The notes: generated by a model not told the origin, from the letters alone. Shown: positions 31,990 through 42,846, counted from the stretch's first letter. The stretch is 64,000 bases of DNA from an uncultured Acidobacteriota bacterium (GCA_963777605.1 CAVZRV010000027.1:224001-288000), one strand, 5' to 3'. Numbers and translations are program-made.

Positions 31990-32742
31990 TGCCCTGCCCG
32001 CCGCCTTTACTCAAAACTCCCTGATTACGGCATTCGCTTTCGTCGGAGTCCTGGTTTGGGTCTCCTACCGGATCTCGGCCAGCTTGACCCGGGGGCACAT
32101 CCACGGCTCGGCGATCGCGATTGCGATCGGCCTGGTGCTCGCGTACGTCGGGGGGGCCGTAACCGGCGGAAGTAAGGGCCTCGCCGACATTGAACTGTTC
32201 GCCGGGGTCGGCATCATGGGCGGTGCGATGTTCCGCGATTTCGCGATTGTGGCCACGGCATTCGGCGCGGATATCAGGGTGTTGAAGAAGGCCGGCCTTG
32301 TCGGAGGACTGTCGGTCCTCATCGGCGTCGTCCTCTCGTTCGTTGTCGGAACGGTCGTCGCACTGATCTTTGGTTACACCGACGCCGTTTCGATCAGCAC
32401 CATCGGCGCCGGGGCTGCCACCTACATCGTCGGCCCGGTAACGGGAACGGCACTCGGTGCCGGCTCTGAGATTATCGCTTTGAGCGTGGCGGCCGGCCTG
32501 ACCAAGGCAGTCCTGGTCATGATCGGGACCCCGCTGGTGGCCTCCCGGATCGGTCTCGACAATCCTCAATCGGCGCTCATCTACGGAGGTTTGATGGGAA
32601 CAACGAGCGGCGTAGCCGGTGGGCTGGCGGCTACGGACCCCAAGCTGGTCCCCTATGGAGCGATGACCGCAACCTTTTACACCGGGCTGGGCTGTCTGCT
32701 GTGCCCATCACTCCTGTATTTGATCGTGAGAGCGTTGACTAG
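31979..32742 (+). CDS. madM: Malonate transporter subunit MadM (true stop probably the TAG at about 32740, lost to an indel)
   Basis: HGSAIAI..GL, GGAMFRDFAIVAT, IGAGAATYIVGPVTG, GTTSGVAGGLAATD.KLVPYGAMTATFYTGLGCL. Overlaps the madL stop. Confidence 0.88.
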
Positions 32743-32792
32743 TCCCGGTCTCGGGACACGCTTTACTGGTCACCGTGCCCGGATAGACTTGG

Positions 32793-35609
32793 ATGGTCAC
32801 TCGGGAGATTTCCAGCTTGCAGCAGATGCGCAAGAACTTTACGGGATTATGTCTGCTGCTGACTCTCATCGGTGTCCCGGCGCTCCGATGCTGGACCGGA
32901 TTGGGGCGTCCCATCTGGGACTCCAGGATCTTCAAACCCGCCGATGGGCTTGCTCACCAGGTGGTCCGGGATATCACGATGGCCCCCGACGGGACTCTCT
33001 GGATGGCTACCTGGGGAGGCGGAATTTCCCGCTTTGACGGTTCGAAATGGGAGACCTTCAACGCCGAGAAGACGCTTTCCGATTTCATGATTCGTTGCCT
33101 GGCGTTCGACCGGGACGGCGCACTGTGGGTGGGCACTCCGGAAGGGATTCGCCGCTACGACGGCCGGAACTGGAGCACCTACACCACCGACAACACCCCG
33201 GGGCTCAAAGAAGATTCCGTCTTCGTGATCCTGCCGTTCAACACCGGAGAGATATGGTTCGGGATGCTGGACGGCTACCTCTACTCATACGACCAGCGTC
33301 GAGCGGATGGACAACGCTGGAAACTGGTCCAGAACCCGGAGTTCTTTGCCACCGGAGCGATTCGTAGCCTGCTCGAACTGGACGACGGCACGATCTGGGT
33401 CGGAGGGGAGCACCTCTACCACTTCGACGGAACGAGGTGGACCGGTTATCCCATGAACCAGGTGGCCTTTTCGATCTGCAGGACTGACGATGGACACATC
33501 TACGCTGCGGAAACGAACGGGCTGTACCGCCTCGACGGAACCACCTGGAAAAGGATTCCCGAAGCCGGGGAATCCCCTCGAAGCCTTGGGCTCACCTCGG
33601 ACCGATCCCTCCTGGTCGGCACGGAGGCCGGAGTCAAGATCTTCGCGCATGGAAACTGGGCGGACTTCCTTCCGGACCTGAAGGAATCTGCACAGTACGT
33701 CGAAGTCATCCGAACCTTTCCTAACGGATCAACCTGGCTTGGGACTCGCGGCGGCGCCTACCTGGTCCGCCGGTCCGACTGGTCGATCTACCCGCCCCCG
33801 GGCCGGGATTCTCCGGTCACGGACGGTCTGTTCCATTCAGCCCCCGATTGCGCGCCTACTGTGATCTCTCCCAAGGGTGCGATCTACCAACTGGAAGGCG
33901 ATTCCTGGCGTCTCGTTGGGGACATCCAATCGGGAAATGACCCGGTAGTCCAAATCCTGTTGTATGAGAAGGACCGACTCGTTGTCCGCAGAGATCACAA
34001 CATCGTCGAGTACGACACCAACGGCTTCAAGATCAGGCAGGAGATCAGTGTCCCCAGCGCTGAGGAGTGGTCAATGCTCTCACTTTCAGGAACTCGTGAG
34101 TGGGACCGGATCGCCTTGTCATCTGATGGGACGTACTGGTGGAACAGGAATAGGGAAGAGCAACTCTATCACTGGAACGGCTCCAGCTGGGAACTCTACC
34201 GGCAGGGAGATGGCGTGCATCTCCCCATCAGTTTCTTCAAGGAGACCCGCGACGGCCGATTCTGGATCGTCTCCAACTCCCAGGTTTCGGCGTCCGGTCA
34301 CCATATTCCCGAGTTGGACGCGCTGCGATCACCCCGCTACCGGGGACATCAGGTCACCGACATCAGCGTCTCAGATAACGACTCGGCCTGGTTCAGTACG
34401 AGCGGCGAGGGAATCCTTGTATACGACGGCCAGCAACTGGTTCACTGGGATGCGCGAAACGGTCTGCCCAGCAATTGGGTCCTCTGCCTGTTCCGGGCCT
34501 CCGACGGAACGATGTGGTCCGGCATGGAAGACTCGACCATGGCGTCTTTCAAAGACGGAAGATGGGTCTCGTTCAGCACCGCAGACTTTCAGGCTAAGGG
34601 GGGGGTGACCCGAATATCGGAAGGGCCAGGAGGACGAATCTGGTTCGTGCTAAGTACCGGCAACCTGCTGAGATACACGCTCTCCAAGGAGGCTCCCGAC
34701 ACCGCAATCGATCTCTACCCAAGGAGTATTCTCCCCCGCGGAAGTGCGGTGTTCGCCTTTCACGGCTGGGATTCCTCGCTGACCACTCTGCCAGCCGACC
34801 TTGTCTTCTCCTGGAGGATCCTGCCCAGGTGGGGCGGACGAGCAACCGTGCCTTGGACACCCTATGCCCCAGCCACAACCATTTCATCACCGCCTCTGGA
34901 CCCGGGGAACTACCTGTTTCAGGTAAAAGCCGCCGACAAGGAACGGAACGAGGACCCCACGCCGGCCGGGCAAGCGTTCTCCGTTGAAACGTACCTCTAC
35001 TTCAAACCGGAATTCTGGCTGACGGTAATCCCGACAATCCTATTAATGCTCTTCCTGGCCGTCCGATGGACAGAGGCCAGGCGCAACCTTCTGAAGCTTG
35101 CGCGAATCGACGGACTCACCGAGTTTTACAATAGGGACTATTTTGCTTCCCTGTTCGATTCCGAAATCCAGCGAACCAAACGCTACCAACACGACCTGTC
35201 CATCCTTCTTCTCGACATCGATGACTTCAAGCACGTCAACGATGGATTCGGCCACGACATCGGAGACCAGGTCCTCAGGACCGTCAGCAGGAAAATCGCT
35301 CAGGCCTGTCGCGCCACCGACTCCGTCGCCCGGTGGGGTGGTGAGGAATTCCTCATTTTGCTCCCGGAAACCAGCCTTCAAAAGGCAGCCATCCTGGCGG
35401 AGCGGATTCGGGCGGCGGTAGAGGCAACAACGGTCTCCACCGATCAGGGAAATGTGCAATGCACGGTCAGTGTCGGGGCTGCGGAATTCACCGAAGAAGC
35501 ATCGACCTCCGATCAACTGTTGAAACAGGCCGACCAGGCGCTTTACCGGGCCAAGAGAGCTGGACGAAATCGCATCGAGTTCTTCTCTCTTGCCCCGGGC
35601 GACCCTTGA
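32793..35609 (+). CDS. Membrane diguanylate cyclase with two-component-regulator beta-propeller and Y_Y_Y-like sensor region
   Basis: Repeated DG.LW.gT/GL blades, LDPGNYLFQVKA (Y_Y_Y-like), one TM, DIDDFKHVNDGFGHDIGD, RATD I-site and GGEEF. Confidence 0.9.
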   Translation: MVTREISSLQQMRKNFTGLCLLLTLIGVPALRCWTGLGRPIWDSRIFKPADGLAHQVVRDITMAPDGTLWMATWGGGISRFDGSKWETFNAEKTLSDFMIRCLAFDRDGALWVGTPEGIRRYDGRNWSTYTTDNTPGLKEDSVFVILPFNTGEIWFGMLDGYLYSYDQRRADGQRWKLVQNPEFFATGAIRSLLELDDGTIWVGGEHLYHFDGTRWTGYPMNQVAFSICRTDDGHIYAAETNGLYRLDGTTWKRIPEAGESPRSLGLTSDRSLLVGTEAGVKIFAHGNWADFLPDLKESAQYVEVIRTFPNGSTWLGTRGGAYLVRRSDWSIYPPPGRDSPVTDGLFHSAPDCAPTVISPKGAIYQLEGDSWRLVGDIQSGNDPVVQILLYEKDRLVVRRDHNIVEYDTNGFKIRQEISVPSAEEWSMLSLSGTREWDRIALSSDGTYWWNRNREEQLYHWNGSSWELYRQGDGVHLPISFFKETRDGRFWIVSNSQVSASGHHIPELDALRSPRYRGHQVTDISVSDNDSAWFSTSGEGILVYDGQQLVHWDARNGLPSNWVLCLFRASDGTMWSGMEDSTMASFKDGRWVSFSTADFQAKGGVTRISEGPGGRIWFVLSTGNLLRYTLSKEAPDTAIDLYPRSILPRGSAVFAFHGWDSSLTTLPADLVFSWRILPRWGGRATVPWTPYAPATTISSPPLDPGNYLFQVKAADKERNEDPTPAGQAFSVETYLYFKPEFWLTVIPTILLMLFLAVRWTEARRNLLKLARIDGLTEFYNRDYFASLFDSEIQRTKRYQHDLSILLLDIDDFKHVNDGFGHDIGDQVLRTVSRKIAQACRATDSVARWGGEEFLILLPETSLQKAAILAERIRAAVEATTVSTDQGNVQCTVSVGAAEFTEEASTSDQLLKQADQALYRAKRAGRNRIEFFSLAPGDP

Positions 35610-35732
35610 AATTTCGATCGGAAACTTCGATATAGACTGCAAAGATGCCGAAGGCCGCCAGGACTCATTTCAGGATCAGCGCAGCCAGAGCCTATTGCCT
35701 TTGCCCTTCGCTTCGGCAAAGATCAGAATGCT

Positions 35733-38337
35733 ATGCCGAGATCGATTGCCGTTCTCCTCTGCCTCTTTGCGATCTCCTGCGGATCGCTCACAACCAGCAA
35801 CTCTCCATCGAACCTGAGTGCGACTGAACTCCGATGTGAATACCTCGTTGACCCGATCGGAATTGACGTTGTTCAGCCCCGCCTGTGCTGGAAACTCGCC
35901 CCGGCCACACCCAATAACCAGCCGGAAGAGCAGGCCGCTTTCCAGATCGTGGTTTCATCGAGCAGGACACAGCTCCAGGCGGACCTCGGTGACCTGTGGG
36001 ATACCGGCAAGGTCACTTCGAACGAGACCCTTCATCACGTCTACGGAGGCGAACCGCTTGCCTACGGCGACTCTTGCTGGTGGAAAGTCCGAATCTGGGA
36101 CGACCGGGGCTCGGTATCGGACTGGAGTTTACCAGCCCGATTTTCCATCGGTCCGCTCGACTCATCCGACTGGTCGGCAAGCTGGATTGGGCCCGTGAAT
36201 GCCACCCATGAGAAGCAGGATGATCCCGGGGACAGTTTCGAGTACACATTCGAAAAGGAGTTCACGCTTGAGGTGCCGGTGGAAACCAGTTACGCATTTG
36301 TCGCCTCGATCGGCTTTCACGAACTCTACGTGAACGGCAAGAAGGTCGGCGACGCGGTACTGGAACCCCAGATCTCGGATCTCAGCCAGCGGGCCCGCTA
36401 CGTCACCTATGACCTGAATGACTACCTCTCAGCCGGCCAGAACCGTTTGAAGATTGTTGCTGCAGCGGGTTGGGCAGGCTTTCCACGTTTCGGCGGCAGA
36501 AAAAATCCTCTGGTGCGGGCACAGGTCGAACTCCGCTACGGTGACGGGCGGCCGGATCAGATCGGAACCGATGTCTCCTGGACAACCTCCCGAACCCGGA
36601 ACAAGAGAACGGAACCCTGGCGGCAGCACTACTTCACCAGTGACTGGCAGGAGGAAGACGGAGCGGAAACCGTGTCAACGAAAGTGTTTGAACTCCCCGT
36701 CACAATCTCCGCGGAGGAGTTGGAACCAAACAGGTTGCAGGACACCCTGGATCCTGCTGCGATCGATCCGGTCGAAGGCGGCTGGCGAATCGATTTCGGA
36801 CGCTCCTTTACGGGCTGGCTCGACGTCCCGCTGTCGGCCAAACCGGGAACCGTCGTCGACATGTCGATTTCCGAACGCCCGGATCAGGAAGTGACCTACA
36901 ACCAGAAGGTGCATCTCGTCGTTCCTCCGGACGGTACCGGCCGGTTTCGGCATCGCTTCAACTACGTCGCGGGGCGCTGGCTCACGATCAATGGTCCGGT
37001 GGAACAACCGGAAGGTGTTCGGGCCTACCTCGTTCACTCCGATTACCCGAAACTCACGCGGTTTCACTGCTCGAATGACCTCCTGAACAGAATCCACGAC
37101 ACCGTCATGTGGACGTACCAATGTCTCAGCCTGGGCGGCTACGTGGTCGATTGTCCTCACCGGGAGCGATTGGGTTACGGCGGCGACGCCCATGCCACCG
37201 TTCCGGCCGGGCTCGCTCATTTCGGGCTGGGGGCGTTCTACACCAAGTGGATGCAGGACTGGCGCGACATGCAATCGCCCGACGGGGACCTCCCCTACAC
37301 GGCACCCACCTACGAAGGGGGAGGCGGACCGGCCTGGAGCGGGATCGTCATTCAGCTGCCCTGGCAACTCTACATCCAGTATGGAGATACTCGGATACTC
37401 GAGGAGAATTGGCCGATGATGATCCGGTGGCTCGAATTCCTCGACAGCAACGTCGAAAAGGGCCTTCTGCAACCTTACGGCAGCAAGGAGTGGGGTTTCC
37501 TCGGGGACTGGGTTCCGCCCGGACGGGGTCAATCGAAGGGCACGCGCGTCGATGACCGTTCCACCCTCTTCTTCAACAACTGCTACTGGCTCTGGAGCCT
37601 GCAAACCGCCGCCCGAATCGGAGCCGTCCTGGGCAAACCTGAAGAGGCCTCCCGCCTGCGGAACGAGGCAGCTCAAGCTCGCGTCGCGATCCACCGTTTC
37701 TTTTGGGACTCGGAACGAGGGGTTTACGCCAGCGGGGAGCAGCCCTACCTCGCCTTTCCACTGATGATCGGATTACCTCCCGAGGAACTCAGACCGCAAA
37801 TCGAAAAGAAACTCGAAGCAGACGATTCTCGAGGACGACGAGGGGCATATCAATGCCGGAATTCACGGTCACGCCCTGCTGCTCGAGTACCTGACCCGCG
37901 CGCGCCGGTCCGACCTGATCTACGAGATGGTGAGCAAGACCGACTATCCCAGCTGGGGCTACATGCTCGCAAACGGGGCAACCACGATCTGGGAACAGTG
38001 GGATGGCGAAAACTCACTCTGTCACAGTTCGTTTCTGGGAGTCGGTGCCTGGTTCATCCGAGGGCTGGCCGGGATCTGTCCCGACCCTGAACACCCGGGA
38101 TACGAGCATTTCTTCATCCGCCCCCAGGTCTGCGGTGACGTCACCAGTTGCGAGGCCTCTTATGACTCGATTCGGGGGACGATCGAAAGCAACTGGACGA
38201 TCGAAACCGGCAGGATCGACCTCTCAGTGGTCATTCCGGTCGGGACGACAGCGACAGTGATTCTGCCGGGCCAGCCTGAGCGCGAGGGCAAACGACTCGG
38301 ACCGGGACGACACCAGATCGGCGGAAGTCTCGAGTAG
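35733..38337 (+). CDS. GH78 alpha-L-rhamnosidase family lipoprotein (frameshift near 37820)
   Basis: Lipobox AISC, LRCEYLVDPIGID...PRL.W, DCPHRERLGYGGD, PSWGYM..NGATTIWEQW, SLCH. Confidence 0.9.
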
Positions 38338-38400
38338 ATTGTGCCAGCTCGGCAGGTCGTTGCGGCAGTGACACCGGATCCGGGAGACAGAGGGATCAAG

Positions 38401-38829
38401 TTAATGCCCCGGCACTGCGGCCACTCCAAGTTGCCTCCACATCCCCAGTAGATCCAACTGCTCCCAGGCTTCGGAGATCTTTCCGCCAGAAAAACGGTAG
38501 ATTGTAATCCCCGTAATCACAATCTTCCGTCCTGTCGGTTCCAATCCGGGCATCGGGCCGAGGTGAGTTCCAGTCGCGCGCCATCGCCCTACCACTGTCT
38601 CGCCACAGCCAATCAGTTCCTCAAACGTCACGTGCGAGTCCGGAAAGGCCTGCCTGTACATCGCAATCGCCCTCTTCCAATCGCTGCGGGCCCCCTTCCC
38701 GGCCGGCATGTGAGGCCCATGGTAAGCGGCCTCGGCCGCCATTACTTCATCCACAGCAGAGAGGATTCCCTGGTTCCAGATTTCGTCGGCAATTCGTGAG
38801 ATGAGGGTGCGCTTCTCCTGAGCCGTCAT
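38401..38829 (-). CDS. SnoaL-like ester cyclase family protein
   Basis: AFPD..VT.EELI..G..VVGRW..TGTH.G...G.EPTGRK...GITIYRF..GKI.E.W. AAGGAG SD. Confidence 0.85.
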   Translation of the reverse strand: MTAQEKRTLISRIADEIWNQGILSAVDEVMAAEAAYHGPHMPAGKGARSDWKRAIAMYRQAFPDSHVTFEELIGCGETVVGRWRATGTHLGPMPGLEPTGRKIVITGITIYRFSGGKISEAWEQLDLLGMWRQLGVAAVPGH

Positions 38830-38843
38830 ATGCGCTCCTTTGT

Positions 38844-39275
38844 TCAGGTGGCGGGAACATGGCCAAGCTGCTGCAGGGCGTTCAGATTGTCCCATTCGAC
38901 CCAGATCTCGGCGATTCGCCCATTTTCCACCCTGATGATGCTGATGTAAGGAAGTTCAAGCCGCTTGTTGCTGGGAGGAAAGGGGCCCCAACTGCCTCGC
39001 TGGGTACCTTTGTACAATGCCCGAACCGCAACTAAATCACCCTTTGAGAACATGACATCAATTTTCAGAATTGAGTCTGGAACTGCAGCGAAATCTTCCT
39101 GCAGGAAGGCCTTGAATTGGGCAAGATTCTCGATTGTCACTCCGGCAGTTGCGGCACTGTGCCGATGCATGTCCGCCGCCACGACTTCGTCAAGAGCGGC
39201 GAGATCACGCCGGTTGATCGCATTAACCATGATTTGAACGATGTCCTCGCTCGACTTACCTTTTGACTGCATCAT
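38844..39275 (-). CDS. SnoaL-like ester cyclase family protein
   Basis: AVPD..L.ID.MF.KGD.VAVR...GTQRG..GPFPPSNK.....ISIIRVENGRIAE.W..WD. GGAGG SD. Confidence 0.85.
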   Translation of the reverse strand: MMQSKGKSSEDIVQIMVNAINRRDLAALDEVVAADMHRHSAATAGVTIENLAQFKAFLQEDFAAVPDSILKIDVMFSKGDLVAVRALYKGTQRGSWGPFPPSNKRLELPYISIIRVENGRIAEIWVEWDNLNALQQLGHVPAT

Positions 39276-39340
39276 TTTTCCTCCTTCGAATCGCTGGTCC
39301 GGCCCTGCAGCGAACCCTGTTTTCAGAAAGCGAAGAAGAA

Positions 39341-39485
39341 CTACTCAACGGCTGGCCCGAAGATTGTGCTTTTCACCGAACACTTTCACGTCCCGTCCGG
39401 CTGCTTCTTCCAGATCCACACATCAGAAAGGGCATCCGATCGCGGTTTGCCGATCCCGAGTCGAGGAGTTGACCTGAGTTCATCG
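39341..39485 (-). pseudogene. 3' remnant of an NTF2-like/DUF4440-type gene
   Basis: Minus frame reads DELRSTPRLGIGKPRSDALSDVWIWKKQPDGT*KCSVKSTIFGPAVE*. TGA (39386-39388) sits where WKKQPDGxWK has Trp, and there is no N-terminal half. Confidence 0.45.
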
Positions 39486-39546
39486 GACGCTACGATTCAG
39501 GGCCGGCCAGCGGCTAAGCCTCAGGACAAAAACCCGAGGGCAAATC

Positions 39547-39563
39547 AATAAATCTGATTTATT
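39547..39563. promoter_or_regulatory. AT-rich perfect palindrome, putative operator
   Basis: AATAAATC-T-GATTTATT, upstream of the SnoaL-like genes in an otherwise GC-rich background. Confidence 0.45.
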
Positions 39564-39712
39564 TACCCAAACTGTAACTCAGGCGGGACCGATATGCACG
39601 GGAAATCTGCCATGCAGAGAGATCGGTTCTGGACCTCAAGTACACGGTTTCCGGTCCAGTGTCGGCCAAAATCGGGTCAGATTCGCGCGGATTTCCTGGG
39701 AATGAGCGGACC

Positions 39713-40445
39713 TCAGCAACCGCCGCCGGCAGCCTTTCTGCCGCCGAAAACGGCCAGTTCGAAAATCTTCAGAAAACAGTCGACATCCTCAAATGTGAGT
39801 GCCCGCAGCCATTCACACTGGTCTTCAACCGGGGCAAGGATGTTCTCTTCCTTGTCCGGGCGGTTGTAATAGGACTCGGCGACCTCAGCACGGCTCTTCA
39901 TTCCTTCCGCAGAACGATGAAACTCCCACAGGGAATCGACGAACTGTTCGTCAAACAGTTCGGTCACCGCCTTCGACGACGAGGAAACGTGCTCTATGTT
40001 CAGGAAGACCCCGGCCGGTGCCAGAAGCTGGTAGATCTCACCGTAAAGCGCCTTCTTCCTGGAATCGGGCTGGTGGTGGATGGCAAACCCTGACACAACG
40101 ATGTCAAAGGGGCCTTCGCCAACTACGCTGTCGACCCAGCCGGGTTCCCCAAAGTCGGCCGTGATGAAGACGGGAGAGGATTTGCCGGACAGTCTCTTCC
40201 GTGCCGCCGCCAACATCGGTGCAGAAAAATCGACTAGAACCAGTTGGGCCTTCGGGAAACAGCGAAGAAAGTAGATCGCCGAGGATCCCGTCTCCGCAAC
40301 CCAGGTCAAGAATTCGTGCGGGTTCCGGACTCCACTTTCTTACGATTCGGTTCAGAACGTCAAATTGCAGTCGGGCGCCGGGGATTGCCCCGCGAACGTC
40401 CCGAATAAACGTCTGTGCCAGTCTTTCGGTCTTCCATCCACTCAC
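39713..40445 (-). CDS. Class I SAM-dependent methyltransferase (frameshift near 40270)
   Basis: RILDLGCGDG motif I in ORF 40104-40445. LVDFSAPML, FDIVVSGFAIHH and LAPAGVFLNIEH in ORF 39713-40309. Confidence 0.85.
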
Positions 40446-40494
40446 GCACTCGATTATCCCACGGAGGGGCCTGCTGGGGACGACGTGCCGGGAT

Positions 40495-42846
40495 TCAAGG
40501 TCGGACCAGGAAGTTCCCTTTCAAGCGGATGTCCAGACTGGACGCTCCGACCTGGACTTCAAAACGGCCCGGCTCAACCACTCGCTCCAAGTCGCGATCC
40601 AGCAACGAAAGTTGCTCCCTCGCCAGCGTGAAGCGCACCTGGCGACTCTCGCCCGGATCCAGGAAGATTTTCGCCAGGCCCTGGAGGGCCTTGACCGGCG
40701 TCACGACAGAACTGATTTCGTCATTCAGGTAGAGCTGCACCACCTCGTGACCGGCATCGCTCCCGACATTGGTGACCGTCAACCGAACCTGGACCTCCCC
40801 CTCCGGGCCGACTTCCTCCGGTTCAATCTCCAGATCGGAGTACTCGAAGCTCGTGTAACTCAGGCCAAAGCCGAACTCCCAGAGTGGGGTCGCCGGCAGG
40901 TCGATGTAGCCGGTGCGCCCCAGGCTGAATGCCTTGGACGGCTTGTAGTTGTAATAAACCGGCAACTGACCCACGTGACGCGGAACCGTAATCGGGAGCC
41001 GCCCACCGGGATTGAACATCCCAAAGAGAACCTCGGCAACGGCCCGGCCCCCGTTCTCGCCCGGAAGCCAGGCTTCGACAACGGCCGGCACGTGCTCCTC
41101 CGCCCAGCGCACGGCGAGCGGCCGCCCGTTGATCAGAACCAACACGGTAGGCGTCCCGGTGGCATGGACCACCTGAAGGAGCCTCTCCTGCATTCCGGTC
41201 AATTCCAGGGTCGCCGAATCCTTGTGCTCTCCGTCGGTTCCGAGGCCTCCTTCTTTGAATCGTTCATTCTCCCCCAGCACGACTACGGCCACGTCGGCGG
41301 CCGCAGCCGCAGCGGACGCCTCCTTCAGTTGGTTGAAATCGGTTCCGATGACGTCACAGCCCTTGACGTATTCGACGACGGTAGCGGGCGAGACCTGGGC
41401 GCGGATTCCGTTTAGAACGGTTACGATATCCTGCAGAATGACGTCGGAGATATAATCTCCCAACTGATTCCGGGGATCGTCGGCGTTGGGCCCAATCACT
41501 GCAACGCGCTTCAGATCCCGGCGCAGTGGAAGAAGCCCCCCCTCGTTACGCAGCAACACAATGCTCTCCCGGGCCGCCTGAAGGGCCAATTCCTGGTGCT
41601 CCGAAGTGTGGCTGACCTGCTCGGCGCGGTCCGAGTCCACCTGTGGAGACTCAAAGAGCCCGAGCCGGAACTTCTGCTCCAGGACTCGCCTCACTGCACG
41701 GTCAATCAAACTCTCCTGGACGCGACCCTCACGCACGTTCTCGATCAACGGAAGCATGAAGGCCGGTTCAAAGGTGATCCCGACGTCCACTCCGGCTCTC
41801 AGGGAGAGTGCGCCGGCCTCCTTCTGGGTAGCGACAACCCGCCGCGTCAGAAGTGTCTCAAAGCCGTTACCCTCACTCAGCACAACTCCGCGAAACCCCA
41901 ATTTGTCACGGAGGATTCCGGTGAGAAGGTTCGCGGACCCATGCGCAGGAACTCCGTCGACGGCCGGATAGGTGGCCATGACCCCCATCGCTCCCTGCTC
42001 TGTGATTCCCGCCACCCACGGGGGGAGGAATATTTCCCTCAGCATCCGCTCCGAGATCTCCATCGCGCCCTGTTCCATTCCACTCACCGGCTGGCTTTGT
42101 CCGGGGAAATGGCAAAGTCCCGCGACCACCTTGTCAGGCGCGGCAAGGTCCTCTCCCTGGACCCCTCGAACGATCTCCCCGGCGATCAGTGAACAGAGGT
42201 AGGGATCTTCGCTGAAGGCCTCCTGGTTTCGACCCAGCCGGGGGTCTCGAATCGGTTCAACGACCAGCGTAAAGAGTTGGTGGATTCCAACGCCCCGGGC
42301 CTCGCGGGCGGCAGCGGCGAAAATCTGCCGGATCAGTTCCGGGTTCCAGGTGCTTCCCAGACCCGGTCCTTCGGGGAAAACCGTTCCACCGGAACACATC
42401 AGGCCGTGCGTTCCCTCCTCGACCTGTATCAGTGGGATGCCCAGGCGCGTCCTTTCCCGGGCAAGCTGCTGCAGTTCGTTAAAGAAACCGGCCTGTTGCC
42501 GGGGACCTTCGTGGAGGATGGTGTTGGCAAGAGTGAAGAATCCGCCACCGGGACCCAAGCCGTCAACCAGGCTTCCGGTCGCGAACTTGCGACAGGCCTC
42601 CATCTTCGAGGGGATGTCTTCCCCCATTTCACGAACATAGAGGCAAGGCCAGTTCAGCTGGCCGACCTTCTCTTCGAGCGTCATTCGGCCGAGCAGGTCC
42701 TCGACTCGCTGATCCACGGGCAACTCTGGATCCCAGTACGCGGGCCGGTCTGGGCTATCGGTCGAGCAGGCCGACAACCCGGTCAGAACCAGGAATATAC
42801 TCAACACCGCTCGGCGCGGTGCGGAAGACATCAATCCGGTCATCAT
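40495..42846 (-). CDS. GH3 beta-glucosidase/xylosidase lipoprotein with C-terminal Fn3-like domain
   Basis: Lipobox LSAC, RMTLEEKVGQ, RLGIP, RDPRLGRNQE, SIVLLRN, FGFGLSYT, EVVQLY. The nucleophile region reads VLSEG. Confidence 0.92.
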   Translation of the reverse strand: MMTGLMSSAPRRAVLSIFLVLTGLSACSTDSPDRPAYWDPELPVDQRVEDLLGRMTLEEKVGQLNWPCLYVREMGEDIPSKMEACRKFATGSLVDGLGPGGGFFTLANTILHEGPRQQAGFFNELQQLARERTRLGIPLIQVEEGTHGLMCSGGTVFPEGPGLGSTWNPELIRQIFAAAAREARGVGIHQLFTLVVEPIRDPRLGRNQEAFSEDPYLCSLIAGEIVRGVQGEDLAAPDKVVAGLCHFPGQSQPVSGMEQGAMEISERMLREIFLPPWVAGITEQGAMGVMATYPAVDGVPAHGSANLLTGILRDKLGFRGVVLSEGNGFETLLTRRVVATQKEAGALSLRAGVDVGITFEPAFMLPLIENVREGRVQESLIDRAVRRVLEQKFRLGLFESPQVDSDRAEQVSHTSEHQELALQAARESIVLLRNEGGLLPLRRDLKRVAVIGPNADDPRNQLGDYISDVILQDIVTVLNGIRAQVSPATVVEYVKGCDVIGTDFNQLKEASAAAAAADVAVVVLGENERFKEGGLGTDGEHKDSATLELTGMQERLLQVVHATGTPTVLVLINGRPLAVRWAEEHVPAVVEAWLPGENGGRAVAEVLFGMFNPGGRLPITVPRHVGQLPVYYNYKPSKAFSLGRTGYIDLPATPLWEFGFGLSYTSFEYSDLEIEPEEVGPEGEVQVRLTVTNVGSDAGHEVVQLYLNDEISSVVTPVKALQGLAKIFLDPGESRQVRFTLAREQLSLLDRDLERVVEPGRFEVQVGASSLDIRLKGNFLVRP

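Noticed and set aside
32743-33037. Apparent 100-aa C-terminal extension of MadM overlapping the cyclase gene
   Set aside because: MadM similarity ends at LLYLIVRAL and an out-of-frame TAG follows at once. One missing base explains the extension.
38401-40445. Secondary-metabolite cluster (cyclases, methyltransferase and matB nearby)
   Set aside because: No PKS, NRPS, ACP or other core biosynthetic gene is present in the window.
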